From Sedimentisphaerales bacterium (GTDB lineage: Bacteria > Planctomycetota > Phycisphaerae > Sedimentisphaerales > Anaerobacaceae): a stretch of 64,000 nucleotides of DNA. The stretch is from assembly GCA_963708075.1 (NCBI GenBank), contig OY970194.1:2208001-2272000 (forward strand). Direction: 5' to 3'. The position numbers were made by a program, and so were the translations under genes. This document shows, one piece after another, positions 1 through 10,828 of this stretch. Numbering within the stretch: position 1 is the stretch's first letter; each line of letters starts with the position of its first letter. The notes under the pieces are model-generated. The model saw only the letters and a program-made list of their open reading frames with translations. It was not told where the DNA came from and did not search any database.

Positions 1-865
1 CCGAGGGGTACTGGGGCAAGTTCTACGACGTCTTCGACCCGAGCTTTGAAGAAGAGCTGCGGGAGCGACTCGAACGTGAAAAAGGCCGGACGGCGGATGA
101 CCCCTGGTGCATCGGCTACTTTGTCCACAACGAGCTGTCGTGGGGTGACGACATTTCGCTGGCAGTAGCGGCGCTCGTTTCGCCGCCGGAGCAGCCCGCC
201 AAGAAGGTGTTCATCGGCGACCTGAAGGCAAAGTACGATGCCATCGAGAAGCTCAACGCCGCGTGGGGGACCTCGCATGCCTCGTGGGAGACCCTGCAGC
301 AGAGCCAGCAAGCCCCGGATAAGAACAAGGCCAGAGAGGACCTGGAAGCGTTCTACACGAAGACGGCCGAGACGTACTTCAGCACGATCCGCCGGGAGCT
401 TAAGAAGGCCGCGCCCAGCAGCTCTACATGGGCTGCCGGTTCGCCTGGGTCAATGACCGGGCGGCGCGGGCAGCCATCAAGTTCTGCGATGTCGTGAGCT
501 ACAACCGCTACGATTACAGCGTCGAGAACCTCAAGCTGCCGGACAATGCGGATCTGCCCGTGATCATCGGGGAATTCCACTTCGGGGCGCTCGACCGCGG
601 CATGTTCCACACGGGTCTTCGCAGCACGGAGAATCAGCAGGACCGGGCCGACAAATACACCGCCTATGTGCGCGGCGCCCTGCGGAATCGCGCCATCATC
701 GGGACTCACTGGTTCCAGTACGTGGACCAGCCGACCACCGGCCGCGGCGACGGCGAGAACTACCAGATCGGCTTCCTCGACATCTGCGACAATCCGTATC
801 CCGAGATCGTCCGGGCCGCCCGCGCCATCGGCCGCGACATGTACAATTACCGCGGCGAAAATTAA
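1..865 (+). CDS. C-terminal part of a beta-agarase-like (GH50-type) glycoside hydrolase, partial at the window edge, frameshift near 420
   Basis: Frame from position 3 reads EGYWGKFYDVFDP...DPWCIGYFVHNELSWG. It continues in ORF 428..865 with GCRFAW, IIGEFHFGALDRG and GTHWFQYVDQPTTGRGDGENYQIG, motifs typical of this family. Confidence 0.7.
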
Positions 866-870
866 AGACA

Positions 871-903
871 ACAGGGCTGCAGGCGTCCTGCCCGCAGCCC
901 TGT
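871..903. terminator. GC-rich hairpin between convergent genes
   Basis: acagggctgc...gcagccctgt inverted repeat right after the stop at 865; no clear U-tract. Confidence 0.35.
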
Positions 904-975
904 CAGGCTACCACAGTTTCTCCAACCACCTGCGACCCCCGCGATCACCGGGACGCAAGCCATCTAGAGTCCGTC

Positions 976-2187
976 TTATTCCGGGACGATGATGATCTCG
1001 TCCACCCCGATGATTGACAGGCCGCCGTAGGTCGCGCCGTTGATGGTTCCGTATCCACCCGACAACTGATCCAGAATCAGGTTTTCAGTCTCCACGTGCA
1101 GAACGAGATCGATCCACCCGTCGCTATTGACATCCTGGCCGCTGGCCATGTATCGGTTGCCCTTGCCTCGCACGGCCACTCCAGCGCCGCCCAAACTCAC
1201 CGTCTCGGGGTCCACTGTCAAGGCATCAAAGCTGGCCGTTGAGAGGATCGCCACAGGCACCACACCGTTCGAGCCGAGATTGACGCTATTCGGATAACTC
1301 CCCGGCTTGATGTCGAGTGTGACCCACACGCCACTGACGGTGACAGTCACCAGCCCCGTGGCCGTGGCCTGACCGTCGCTCACAGTATATGTGAACGTAT
1401 CGGTCCCGCTGAATCCCGAGTTCGGTGTGTACGTCACCACAGTCCCGTTCAGTGCCGCCGTGCCGTGACTGGCCGACCCAACCGTAACAGTCAATGGGTC
1501 ACCGTCGGCATCATACGCACTCGCCAGCACATTGACTGTGACCGCCTGACCGACGTCCGTACCCACCGTGATGTCGCCGGCCACTGGAGCGGAGTTCGCG
1601 AGTTCGAACTGGAAATTGGGAGCTAGGAACGTGTTCGAGGTAGGAGGCTCCTCCACCGGTACCGGCATCCCTTGCCCCGTGCACCACAAGTCCAATCGGA
1701 CCGGGGTGATCAAGGTACTAAACGAGTGTTCGGGGGCATATTGTATGTCGTTATCCCACCAATTGGTGTACAACCCTCGGGTCCAGTAGGCGGCAATCAC
1801 GTAGGTCTGGCCCGCTGTAAGCCGGACGTTTTGCTCGCTGACATCAACGTACGTGTAGCCGTTCTCTCGCACAAGAAGCGGGTCCCTCCACCCTGCGCTG
1901 ATATAGCCGATTACTGTGCCGGAGACCAGCGGCGTACCGCTGCTATTGTAGATCGTGATGGAATGATCATACATCAGCAAGGAAGTGCCTATCCGGAAGA
2001 CATTCCCCAGCTTCGTGACGACGATGTCCTGTGTCGGCGTAAACGACCATCCGGTACTCTTCTCGTAGTAGCTTATGCTGGTCGTAACGGACGCCACGTC
2101 AAGGGCCGTCTCCGCAAACGCGGGGCCCGCAGATCCTGCGAGCACGACCAAAGAAATCACCACCAGCATTCCCACTTTTGTTCTCAT
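976..2187 (-). CDS. Secreted protein with an Ig-like/cadherin-like domain
   Basis: Signal peptide ending AFA-E; NSAPVAGD...YTPNSGFSGTDTFTYTVSDG Ig-like repeat; C-terminal DIKPGSYPNSVNLGSNGVVPVAILST domain; AGGAG RBS. Confidence 0.7.
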   Translation of the reverse strand: MRTKVGMLVVISLVVLAGSAGPAFAETALDVASVTTSISYYEKSTGWSFTPTQDIVVTKLGNVFRIGTSLLMYDHSITIYNSSGTPLVSGTVIGYISAGWRDPLLVRENGYTYVDVSEQNVRLTAGQTYVIAAYWTRGLYTNWWDNDIQYAPEHSFSTLITPVRLDLWCTGQGMPVPVEEPPTSNTFLAPNFQFELANSAPVAGDITVGTDVGQAVTVNVLASAYDADGDPLTVTVGSASHGTAALNGTVVTYTPNSGFSGTDTFTYTVSDGQATATGLVTVTVSGVWVTLDIKPGSYPNSVNLGSNGVVPVAILSTASFDALTVDPETVSLGGAGVAVRGKGNRYMASGQDVNSDGWIDLVLHVETENLILDQLSGGYGTINGATYGGLSIIGVDEIIIVPE

Positions 2188-2516
2188 AGTACTCTCTCCT
2201 GCCATCATCTGCCCCAGAATTGTTATTTACGGATTGGCTCGAAAACTCTTCGGAAGCCTCTCTAAGGTGGCCATTCCAATGCAGAGGTGCCTACGGGGGT
2301 CGCGGGCGCACATTTAGCAGCGGCTTGTCACACATACACCTTCTCCTGGACCTGCAAATCTCTGAGGGACGCGTCCGATGTGAACCCTCATCCTCATGGC
2401 GATTACCGGATTCCAGTATATGCTTCACAACTGATTTGTCAAAGATTATCGGTCTGAGGGGGAAGAATTCTTGAAGGAAAGTCCAGATTGGAGTGACTAC
2501 GAATACAGATTGAAGA

Positions 2517-3377
2517 TTATTTAGCGGACCTGTATTTCTTGACAAAGCCGGCGGGCCGGTAGCTTTCCTTGGCCTGGCGAAGTCCCGGATCGCCCAGGTC
2601 CTGCTCCCGGTTGATCAATTCGTATTTCTCGGGCAGGACAGAGACGAAGGCCTGGTTGACGTATTGGTAAATGCCTTTGAACTGCTTGTCATCGACGGCC
2701 TTTTCAAAATGGGTCACCCACATGCTGCCCTGGGCCAGTTCCTCGCCCAGTGAATACGCTGCCGGCTCATCGTTGACGTAGAAGATACCGCCGCAGAGCT
2801 GGAGTTCCTCCATTTTCTCAAGGGCCTCGCGGGCTGCTTCGTAGTCCCCTGCCTCCTCCTGCTGCTGCCTCCATGTGTCGAGGATTCTCAGTGCGTCACC
2901 GGCATATTCCGGGAGAAGCGGCTTGGCCGTGCAGGCATTACTGCGCAGGAAGGCATTCACGAGGTTCTTCTTCCTGTGAAACTTGCGGCCTGACAGGCTT
3001 GCCAGGTCCTCGCGGCGATACAGGTAATCGAAGTTGTCACGATCCTCCCAGACGCGGTAGCCCATCCCGGCAAGCTGCCGGGCCTGGGCCGGCGAGCAGC
3101 ATTTCGAGACGCGGTACCGGTCAAAAAGCTCATCGAGCACCTGGCGCCCGGGCAAGCCAAACGGCAGAATGAAGAACAGCTCGGCATCTTCGCCAACAAT
3201 CAGGAGAAGGTTCCCCTCAAGCTGCGCCAGCCGGTATTGGTGCACATGGCGGAACAAGTAGATGTTTGCGAAGGTAAGCTCCGACATTCCCTCCGGCAAC
3301 TCGTGAAATCGAGGATGCAACACAGGACGCTGCTCCAATGTGACCTCGGACAAGTCAACGTACTCTGCTATTGCCAT
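2517..3377 (-). CDS. DUF2156 / phosphatidylglycerol lysyltransferase-domain protein
   Basis: Motifs SELTFANIYLF, DRDNFDYLY, LSGRKFHRKKN, HFEKA, INREQDLGDPGLRQAKESYRP. Confidence 0.8.
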   Translation of the reverse strand: MAIAEYVDLSEVTLEQRPVLHPRFHELPEGMSELTFANIYLFRHVHQYRLAQLEGNLLLIVGEDAELFFILPFGLPGRQVLDELFDRYRVSKCCSPAQARQLAGMGYRVWEDRDNFDYLYRREDLASLSGRKFHRKKNLVNAFLRSNACTAKPLLPEYAGDALRILDTWRQQQEEAGDYEAAREALEKMEELQLCGGIFYVNDEPAAYSLGEELAQGSMWVTHFEKAVDDKQFKGIYQYVNQAFVSVLPEKYELINREQDLGDPGLRQAKESYRPAGFVKKYRSAK

Positions 3378-3468
3378 ATTCCCGTCCTTCGCTGCATGAC
3401 CCGATTCCATCGCAATTCCTCCATCACGGCGACTCCACATGGAATCTTCAACGTGTTTATACGCTCTG

Positions 3469-3497
3469 TTGACCGCTACGGTCGGGCAAACTATAAT
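3469..3497 (+). promoter_or_regulatory. Sigma70-type promoter for sppA
   Basis: TTGACC-17 bp-TATAAT, followed by AAGGAG and ATG at 3525. Confidence 0.65.
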
Positions 3498-3524
3498 AAG
3501 TCCGTTCTTTTCAAGGAGTTGCAG

Positions 3525-4613
3525 ATGGATTCTGACCAGACCAACAACCCGTCGGAGCCGTTCGGCTCACCGCAAGGGCCGGGAAGCCCGCCGGAGCCAC
3601 CAGCCAGACCCCCGTACACCCCCCCGCCGTACGCACCGCCGCCTCCACGATCAGGAGTCAGCGGCTGGCGGATTCTCTGGGGCTTCTTCTTCGCCCTGTC
3701 CGTGCTGGCCAACGTCGGCCTTTTCCTCCTTTTGCTCGGTCTCGTAGCCGTATTCGCAACCCGGCAAACGAGACTGTATGAGGAGACCGTAGTTCGGGAT
3801 GGACCGGCGGACGCCAAGATCGTGATGATCAACATCGAAGGGCTGATGTACGATGAGCAGGCCGAGAGCGTCTATCGGCAACTGCAGTCGGCCCGCAGTG
3901 ACCGAAGCGTCAAAGGCCTGATCGTGCGGGTGAATTCCCCGGGCGGGACAATTTCCGCCAGCGACCAGGTATATCAGCAGATCCGCAAGTATCGCCGCGA
4001 CAACGGAAAGCCGGTGATTGCCTTCATGCAGAGCACCGCGGCTTCCGGCGGCTACTATGCCTCCGTGGCATGTGACGAGATCATCGCCGAGCCGACCGCT
4101 ATCACTGGTTCCATCGGCGTGCTCATGGGCCACTTCGTCTTCGGAGAGCTGCTCAAGGACAAGCTGGGGATTCTGCCGGTTTTCCTGACCATGGGCGAGA
4201 AGAAGGACTGGCCCAGCTCCTTCCGGCCCCCCACCGACCAGGAGTTGCAGTACGTCCGCGAACGTCTGCTGAAGCCCGCCTATGACCGTTTCGTCGAGGT
4301 CGTTCAGGAAGGGCGAGCGAAGGTGCTCTCGCCCGATCAGGCAAAGGCCCTGGCGGATGGAAGCATCTACGTGGCGCCGCAGGCGCTGGAGGTGGGACTC
4401 ATCGACAAGGTCGGGTACCTGGATGACGCGATCGATCTGGTGAAATCGCGGGCGGGCATTCAACGAGCCAAGGTGGTGGAGTATCGCCGGCCGTTCACCT
4501 GGTCCAACCTGTTGGGCGTGCAGCAGCAGGGTAAGGCCGCGTTCAAACTGGATCGCACCACGTTGTATGAACTCAGCACGCCGGAGGTCCTGTATCTCTG
4601 GGGCGCAAAATAA
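3525..4613 (+). CDS. sppA: Signal peptide peptidase SppA (S49)
   Basis: Pro-rich N-terminus and a TM helix, then RVNSPGG, AASGGYY and TGSIGV motifs. Confidence 0.9.
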   Translation: MDSDQTNNPSEPFGSPQGPGSPPEPPARPPYTPPPYAPPPPRSGVSGWRILWGFFFALSVLANVGLFLLLLGLVAVFATRQTRLYEETVVRDGPADAKIVMINIEGLMYDEQAESVYRQLQSARSDRSVKGLIVRVNSPGGTISASDQVYQQIRKYRRDNGKPVIAFMQSTAASGGYYASVACDEIIAEPTAITGSIGVLMGHFVFGELLKDKLGILPVFLTMGEKKDWPSSFRPPTDQELQYVRERLLKPAYDRFVEVVQEGRAKVLSPDQAKALADGSIYVAPQALEVGLIDKVGYLDDAIDLVKSRAGIQRAKVVEYRRPFTWSNLLGVQQQGKAAFKLDRTTLYELSTPEVLYLWGAK

Positions 4614-4681
4614 TTTACGATTTATGATTTACGGTTCTTCCTTCAGCCGGCGTCCAAATCGTAAATCGAAAATCGTAAATC
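4614..4681. repeat. Inverted heptamer-repeat array (GATTTAC / GTAAATC)
   Basis: tttacgatttatgatttacg ... aaatcgtaaatcgaaaatcgtaaatc; a related array lies at 7744-7771. Confidence 0.75.
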
Positions 4682-4694
4682 CGGGAGGCATCGT

Positions 4695-6192
4695 ATGACA
4701 CGTGGATGTGGCCGCTCACCAGCAGCGACAGCCGGGATTCTCACTGCTATCGTCCTCGCATCGATCGTCGGCGGAGGATGTTCCTCCTCGAAGACACCGA
4801 AGATGCAACTGATTGGTGCGGACCCGAATGGCAAGGGCTTCATCGAGAGCAAGTCGAAACAGCCGTTTGTGCCCTTTGGCACGAACTACTACGACCCGAA
4901 CACGGGCTGGCCGCCGAAAGTGTGGCAGCAGTTCGATGTTGAGCGAGTGACGTACGAGTTCAACATCATGAACAAGCTCGGCGTGAACTGTGCCCGCGTC
5001 TTCCTGGCGGCTGCCACCTTCCAGCCGGACATCGGCACGATAAATCCCGGAGCCCTCTCGAAGCTCGACACGCTGATCAAAATTGCGCAACGCGAGAGTG
5101 CGGCTCATCTTGACCGGACCCGACCATTGGGAAGGCTCCCCCGAGTACTGGAAGCCGGATCGGTATGCCGGTGAGGACGCGATGAAAGCGCTGGACAATT
5201 TCTGGCGCGTTGTGGGCCGTCGCTATCGTGGCGAGCCTGCGATCCTGGCCTGGGACCTTCTGAATGAGCCTGAGATGCCGTGGTCCGTCGACGCCTGGGC
5301 GCCGCGATGGAATGCGTGGCTAGAGGCGAAGTACACGAATCGGGAAGGTCTCAAAGCTGCATGGGGCAACGAGCTCGGCGACGAGCAACTGGGGGCGATC
5401 AAAGCCCCCGAGAACGAGGCAAAGCAGGGCAACCCGCGTCTTCTCGACTGGCAGTTGTTCCGGGAGCATTTGGCCGATGAGTGGGTGCGACGGCAGGCGG
5501 AGGTGCTCCGCAAGGCCGATCCAACGCACATGATCACCGTAGGCTATATCCAGTGGTCGTACCCCGTGGTCCGTCCCGGCGATCCGGGCCTGTACTCCGC
5601 GTTCAACCCCCACAGGCAAAAGCAGTGGCTCGACTTCATCTCCGTTCACTTCTACCCACTGATGGGCCAGCCGTTCGATTCCAAAGACAGTTGGCAGAAG
5701 AATCTGGCCTACCTGCAGACCATGCTGGCATACTGCCAGACGGACCGACCGCTTGTGCTCGGCGAGTATGGCTGGTACGGCGGCGGCGCTGCCCCGGGCC
5801 GGGCGTACCTCGATGAACATCAGCAAGCCCACTGGATCGTGGCTGAGATCGAGGCATCGCGGCGACTGGTGCAGGGCTGGCTGTCATGGCCCTTTGCCGA
5901 TACGCCGGAAGCGACGGATATGAGCGCCTACGGCGGAATGGCCAAGACGAATATGGGGTACAAGGTCTGGGGCTGGTGGTTCCGGGCCTATGCAGCCGCG
6001 CTGTCTGCATTGCCCCAACCCACGCCTCCCTTGCCTTCATTCGATGCCGTGCCGTCCTTGACTACACCCGTGAACGATTTGCCTGCCATGTTCGAACAAC
6101 ATGCGGAACGGGTACAAGCGGCGCTGCGCCAGGCCGGACCGCTCCCGCAAATGCCCGCGCCGAAGCTCGGGGTAATTAAGCCGAACGAGTGA
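4695..6192 (+). CDS. GH5/cellulase-like glycoside hydrolase, probable lipoprotein, frameshift near 5085
   Basis: ORF 4695..5174 (GGGC lipobox-like, FVPFGTNYY, LGVNCARVFL) joins ORF 5083..6192 (AWDLLNEP acid/base, DFISVHFYP, VLGEYGW nucleophile). Confidence 0.75.
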
Positions 6193-6206
6193 CGTCAGGG
6201 CCGGCC

Positions 6207-7639
6207 TCAAGGCTGAAGATCACCAAAGAGGGTCAACGGGGAAACCTGTGTGATTCGTACGCGGGCAAAGTTGCCGGCCAGGGAAAGCGGACCATCGAAG
6301 ATGACAATGAAGTCTGTCGAGGTACGCCCGACCAATTGCACCTTCGCGTGAGGAACAGGAGAAGGGTCCCGCGAATCGGGTGAGTCCGCACTCCGCACTC
6401 CGCATTCCGAATTCCGAATTTGTTTCTTGCTCGGCCCCTCGACCAGGACCGTTACCTCCTGATTCAGAAACGACCGGTTCAGTTCGCCGCTGATGCGCTC
6501 CTGAACGGCCAACAGCTCGACATTCCGCTGTTGCTTCACGTCGGGAGGGACAGTATCGGCCAGCCGCTTCTCCGCCGTCGTGCCGGGTCGGGGCGAGTAT
6601 TTGAAAATGTAGCTGTTCTTGTATCGGGTCTTGCGCACGAGGTCGACGGTGGCATCGAAATCCTCCTGTGTCTCCCCGGGAAAACCCACGATGAAGTCCC
6701 CTGCCACGGCGATGTCGGGCACGACCGCCCGAGCCCGCTCGATCAGCTCGAGGTAGTGCGCGGCTGTATAATGACGATTCATGCGCGCAGGATGCGGTCG
6801 GACCCGCTTTGGGCGGGCATGTGCAGGTAATGGCAGATCTTCGCCGAGCCGGCCATCGCCTGCAGAATCTCCTCGTAGAACTCGTCGCTGGGGTAACTCG
6901 TGACGAACCGGACCCATTCGATCCCCTGCACCCGGGCCGTCATCTCCAGCAGGTCGGCAAGGCACCACATCTTTCCCCCGTCCTGGTGCTTGTATGAATT
7001 CACCGTCTGGCCGAGGAGCGTCACCTGCTTGACGCCGGTGTCGGCCAGTCTCTTCACCTGTTCCAGAATCGCCTCCGGCGGCCGGCACGCCTCCGGGCCT
7101 CGGACGTAAGGAACGATACAGTAAGTGCAGAAATTGTTGCAACCCCGCATCACGCGGACGAACGCCTGTCCCGGCATCTCCTCGATGCTGTGCGCCGACT
7201 CGAATCTCTCCAGGGCCGAAGCACCGTTAAGCCCCCCCTGCCGGATATTCTCCGTGACAGCCAGGCGTTTCTCAAGCCGGCCGAGCGCCTCGTGCAGCAA
7301 ATCCGCGATCTGGGGAATCTGGGCGGGCCCGCACACGATGTTGACAGCCTCATGTTCGAGGAGCTTGTCGCCCAGGCGCTGCGCCATGCAGCCGATGACT
7401 CCGACAACCATCTCAGGCCGGTGCTCTTTCAAGTGCTTGAGATGGCCCAGGTGTGAGAAAACGCGCTCCTCCGCGTGCTGCCGCACGGAACAGGTGTTGA
7501 TCAGAACGGCATCGGCCTCCTTGATGTCCTCCGTCAGGCAAAAGCCCGCCTCCTGCAGCGAGGACGCAATCAGGGCTGTATCCAGCTTGTTCATCTGGCA
7601 GCCGAAGCTCTTGATACAAATCGTGTGGCGTTTCGTCAT
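6207..7639 (-). CDS. miaB: tRNA methylthiotransferase MiaB, frameshift near 6782
   Basis: FGCQMN, INTCSVR, GCMAQR, GCNNFCTYCIVPYVRG, HMPAQSGSDRIL; then MNRHYT, DFIVGFPGET, YSPRPGT and a TRAM domain. Confidence 0.92.
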
Positions 7640-7778
7640 TTACAATGTACTACTTATCCTTTACCATGCATTGTTCGAGCCCGAGGGGCCGGAGGTGAAT
7701 CTCGCGTCTTGGCACGACCACCTCTGCAAGGTGATGCCAGATAGTAAACCGTAAATCGTAAATCGTCAATCCAGACGC

Positions 7779-8930
7779 ATGGTAAAGAACCAGAAGCGAA
7801 TCGAGCAGATTGCAGGAATCACCCTCATCGTGGCGATCGTCATCGGCTGTGGATTCGTGTTGCGGCCGTTCCTGTCCGCCATCCTGTGGGCGGCCATCTT
7901 GTGTCTTGCCACGTGGCCCCTGCACGAGCTGTTCCTCAAATGGCTGCGGGGAAGGCGGAATCTCGCCGCCGGGCTGATGACGGCCGTGCTGTCGCTGGTG
8001 CTCATCATACCGTTTGTCGTCGTGGGCTTCACCTTCACCGACAGCGTTCGTGCAGGACTGGAATGGCTCGATGTGCAAAAGACAGAGGGATTGATCCCGC
8101 CCCCGGCCTGGATCGAACGTATTCCCCTGGTCGGCGACAGGATCAGCGAGTCTTGGGCGGACTTGGCGGATGACCCTGGGCCAACCATCGGCTTGTGGAA
8201 ACCGCGGCTCAAGGCGGCCGGGCTGTGGCTGCTGCGACACAGCCTCGACCTGCTACAAGGCGTCTTCCAGCTTATTATGAGCGTGCTGATCGCGTTCTTC
8301 CTCTATCGCGACGGCGAGGGGGTCGTCGTGCGCCTGCGCGAGGGGTTCCAGAAAATCAGCGGCGACTACAGCCAGCACCTGGTGGACGTGGTCAAAACAA
8401 CGGTGCGGAGCGTCGTGTACGGCGTGATCGGCACGGGATTGGCGCAGGGCTTCGTGGCCGGCATCGGTTTCACCATCGCCGACGTGCCCTCCCCCATGCT
8501 CCTGGCGCTGTTCACCTTCTTCCTGAGCTTTGTTCCCGTCGGCCCGCCGATCGTTTGGATCGGTGCATCGATCTGGCTTTTCGCGCAGGGCTCAACCGGC
8601 TGGGGCATCTTCATGATCGTCTACGGCGTGCTGGCCATCAGCGGCGTGGACAACGTCGTGAAGCCATACATCATCAGCCGCGGCTCCAAACTGCCCTTTA
8701 TCGTGATGTTTATCGGCGTGCTTGGCGGCGTGGCGACATTTGGCTTCATCGGTATCTTTCTCGGCCCGACGCTGCTTGCCGTAGGCTTCAGCCTGACCCA
8801 GGAGCTTGTCGGCCATCGCCGTCGCAACTCGATACTGAAGCCGTTGCACGAGCCCGCACCTGACGACACGGCGGTGGCAGACAGTGCCGGTGCAAATCGG
8901 CCCGCCGTTCCGCAGCCGCCTGCGGAATGA
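7779..8930 (+). CDS. AI-2E family transporter
   Basis: Multi-TM protein with FFLYRDG, VDNVVKPYIISRG and GVLGGVATFGFIGIFLGP. Confidence 0.9.
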   Translation: MVKNQKRIEQIAGITLIVAIVIGCGFVLRPFLSAILWAAILCLATWPLHELFLKWLRGRRNLAAGLMTAVLSLVLIIPFVVVGFTFTDSVRAGLEWLDVQKTEGLIPPPAWIERIPLVGDRISESWADLADDPGPTIGLWKPRLKAAGLWLLRHSLDLLQGVFQLIMSVLIAFFLYRDGEGVVVRLREGFQKISGDYSQHLVDVVKTTVRSVVYGVIGTGLAQGFVAGIGFTIADVPSPMLLALFTFFLSFVPVGPPIVWIGASIWLFAQGSTGWGIFMIVYGVLAISGVDNVVKPYIISRGSKLPFIVMFIGVLGGVATFGFIGIFLGPTLLAVGFSLTQELVGHRRRNSILKPLHEPAPDDTAVADSAGANRPAVPQPPAE

Positions 8931-8973
8931 GTCTTCGATGGCTGCAAACCAAGGGTAGCCAGGCAAACGAACG

Positions 8974-10740
8974 CTACCCGCGACGGGTCCCGCTGGGTTT
9001 AAGTACACGCTCAGAGGCAAATACCTGGGAAAACGTGGCCCAGAGCACCTCCGGCTTGTCGGCACGGATGATCCTCTCGCGAATCTCCGGCTGCAGCATG
9101 GTTCGAACGATGAGCGCCAGGATCTGCACCTGAACATCGCTGCGTTGCGGGGTCAGGGCCAGAAAGATGAAATGCGTGGGCTTTCCGTCCGGCGAGTTCC
9201 AATCCTCGATTCCCGCTTCCGATCTGCCAAAGACAACGACCGGCCTGTCCAGCTTCTCAAGCCGCGCGTGCGGGATGGCAAGCCCCTCTTCCAGAGCCGT
9301 GCCCATTTCATTTTCCCGGTGTAGCACGGCCTCATAGATTTCGTCGGCATCGTACACCTGCTGCTGGATGGCCGCCAGGTCGGAAAGCTCTCGCAGAGCT
9401 CCATCTCTTGTGGCGGCTTTCAACTCCGCAATGATCGAATCCCTGTGGAAGAACTCCAGGATGCTTACTTCCTTACGCCTTGAGATGGAGTAGTTCAGCC
9501 ACGGCCCCAGGAGGACGGAGGAGAGCACGGCGGCGAAAATGATCGCAACAAATACCGGTTGCGTAATAATCCCATACTGAAGGGCAAGCAACGCAAACAC
9601 TATCTCCATAGTACCGCCCGGCGTGTGAGCAACCGCGACTGCGGCGCGGTCGCTCCTGGGGATCGCCGTGAACGACGTGCCCAACCACGCGCCGAGGTAT
9701 CTGCTGCCGATGCCAATGATGCTCACAAAGATCGCAAGGAACGGGTCGAAATACGCCAGAAAGTCGATTCGCAGCCCGATCCCCACGAAAAAGATGGGAA
9801 CGAACAGCGCATAAACCATCTGCGCGATCACCTGGCGTGTCCGCTCAGAGAGGGCCCTGGCCTGCCCGGCCATGACCCCGGCAATGAAGAACCCGAAGAG
9901 CGCGTGAATGCCGATCCGCTGAGTGATCGCGCCGCAAAGCACTCCGAGCAGAGAGATGAACGTCAATGCCGTGGCCGGCTCAGGCATCCCGCGCCGCTTG
10001 ATCCCGGAAATCGCCTCACTCGTCAGTCTCTGTCCGATGGACAGGCAGATGACGGTGAAGCCGGCGATAGCACCCAAAACCATGAGGATTTTCCCCGCTC
10101 CGGCCCCCGCCTGCGTAACGAGGCCCAGCACCAGCGTGAAGAGCACCCATCCGATGATGTCGTTCACCGATAAGGCGGACAAGATAAGAAAACCAAGATC
10201 CGTCTTTGACAGGTTTACCTCGTGAAGGGCCCTGGCGGCGACGGGCATCGCGGTGGTCGTCATAACAGCAGCCATGAACAGTGCAAACAGGATTCTGCTC
10301 TGCGGCTCGATCAGATAGAAGACCGGCAAGAGCAGGAAGGTTGGAATCGCAATGCCCACAGGAACAATGGTATCGGTCACCGCGATCTTCAGGGCATCTC
10401 CCTTCTGCCGCCATGCACTGGAGAAATCGACCTCCAGACCCGTTTCCAGCAGCAAGAAGAGCACGCCCAGCCATCCGACGGTCTCGATCATGTTCTGCTG
10501 GACCGGGTCCGGGGGAAAGATGGCTCCATGCACAGATGGAAGGAACCGGCCGAGAATAGACGGGCCCAGCACAATCCCTACGAGAATCTCGGCGGTCAGC
10601 GCCGGCTGCTTCCACCGGCGGAACAACTCCCCCAAGCCACGCGCCAGGCCGAGCAGAATAAAAAGCTGCACCAGGAACAGAAAGATGTTCTGCTCATCGA
10701 TGAAATGCCCCACGAGCTGCCGTGAATCCATAACCCGCAC
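8974..10740 (-). CDS. Cation:proton antiporter (CPA2) fused to a C-terminal PTS EIIA domain
   Basis: AEILVGIVLGPS, GLEVD and VNDIIGW antiporter core; C-terminal RENEMGTALEEGLAIPHAR...DWNSPDGKPTHFIF EIIA motifs. Confidence 0.85.
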   Translation of the reverse strand: MRVMDSRQLVGHFIDEQNIFLFLVQLFILLGLARGLGELFRRWKQPALTAEILVGIVLGPSILGRFLPSVHGAIFPPDPVQQNMIETVGWLGVLFLLLETGLEVDFSSAWRQKGDALKIAVTDTIVPVGIAIPTFLLLPVFYLIEPQSRILFALFMAAVMTTTAMPVAARALHEVNLSKTDLGFLILSALSVNDIIGWVLFTLVLGLVTQAGAGAGKILMVLGAIAGFTVICLSIGQRLTSEAISGIKRRGMPEPATALTFISLLGVLCGAITQRIGIHALFGFFIAGVMAGQARALSERTRQVIAQMVYALFVPIFFVGIGLRIDFLAYFDPFLAIFVSIIGIGSRYLGAWLGTSFTAIPRSDRAAVAVAHTPGGTMEIVFALLALQYGIITQPVFVAIIFAAVLSSVLLGPWLNYSISRRKEVSILEFFHRDSIIAELKAATRDGALRELSDLAAIQQQVYDADEIYEAVLHRENEMGTALEEGLAIPHARLEKLDRPVVVFGRSEAGIEDWNSPDGKPTHFIFLALTPQRSDVQVQILALIVRTMLQPEIRERIIRADKPEVLWATFSQVFASERVLKPSGTRRG

Positions 10741-10828
10741 CCGCAGATGAATGGATCATCTCTGTGCCGGGCTCTCCGGGAGCCTGGACGCTCCCTGTAC
10801 GCACATTTTGCAGCTCAGTTCTGCAGGC

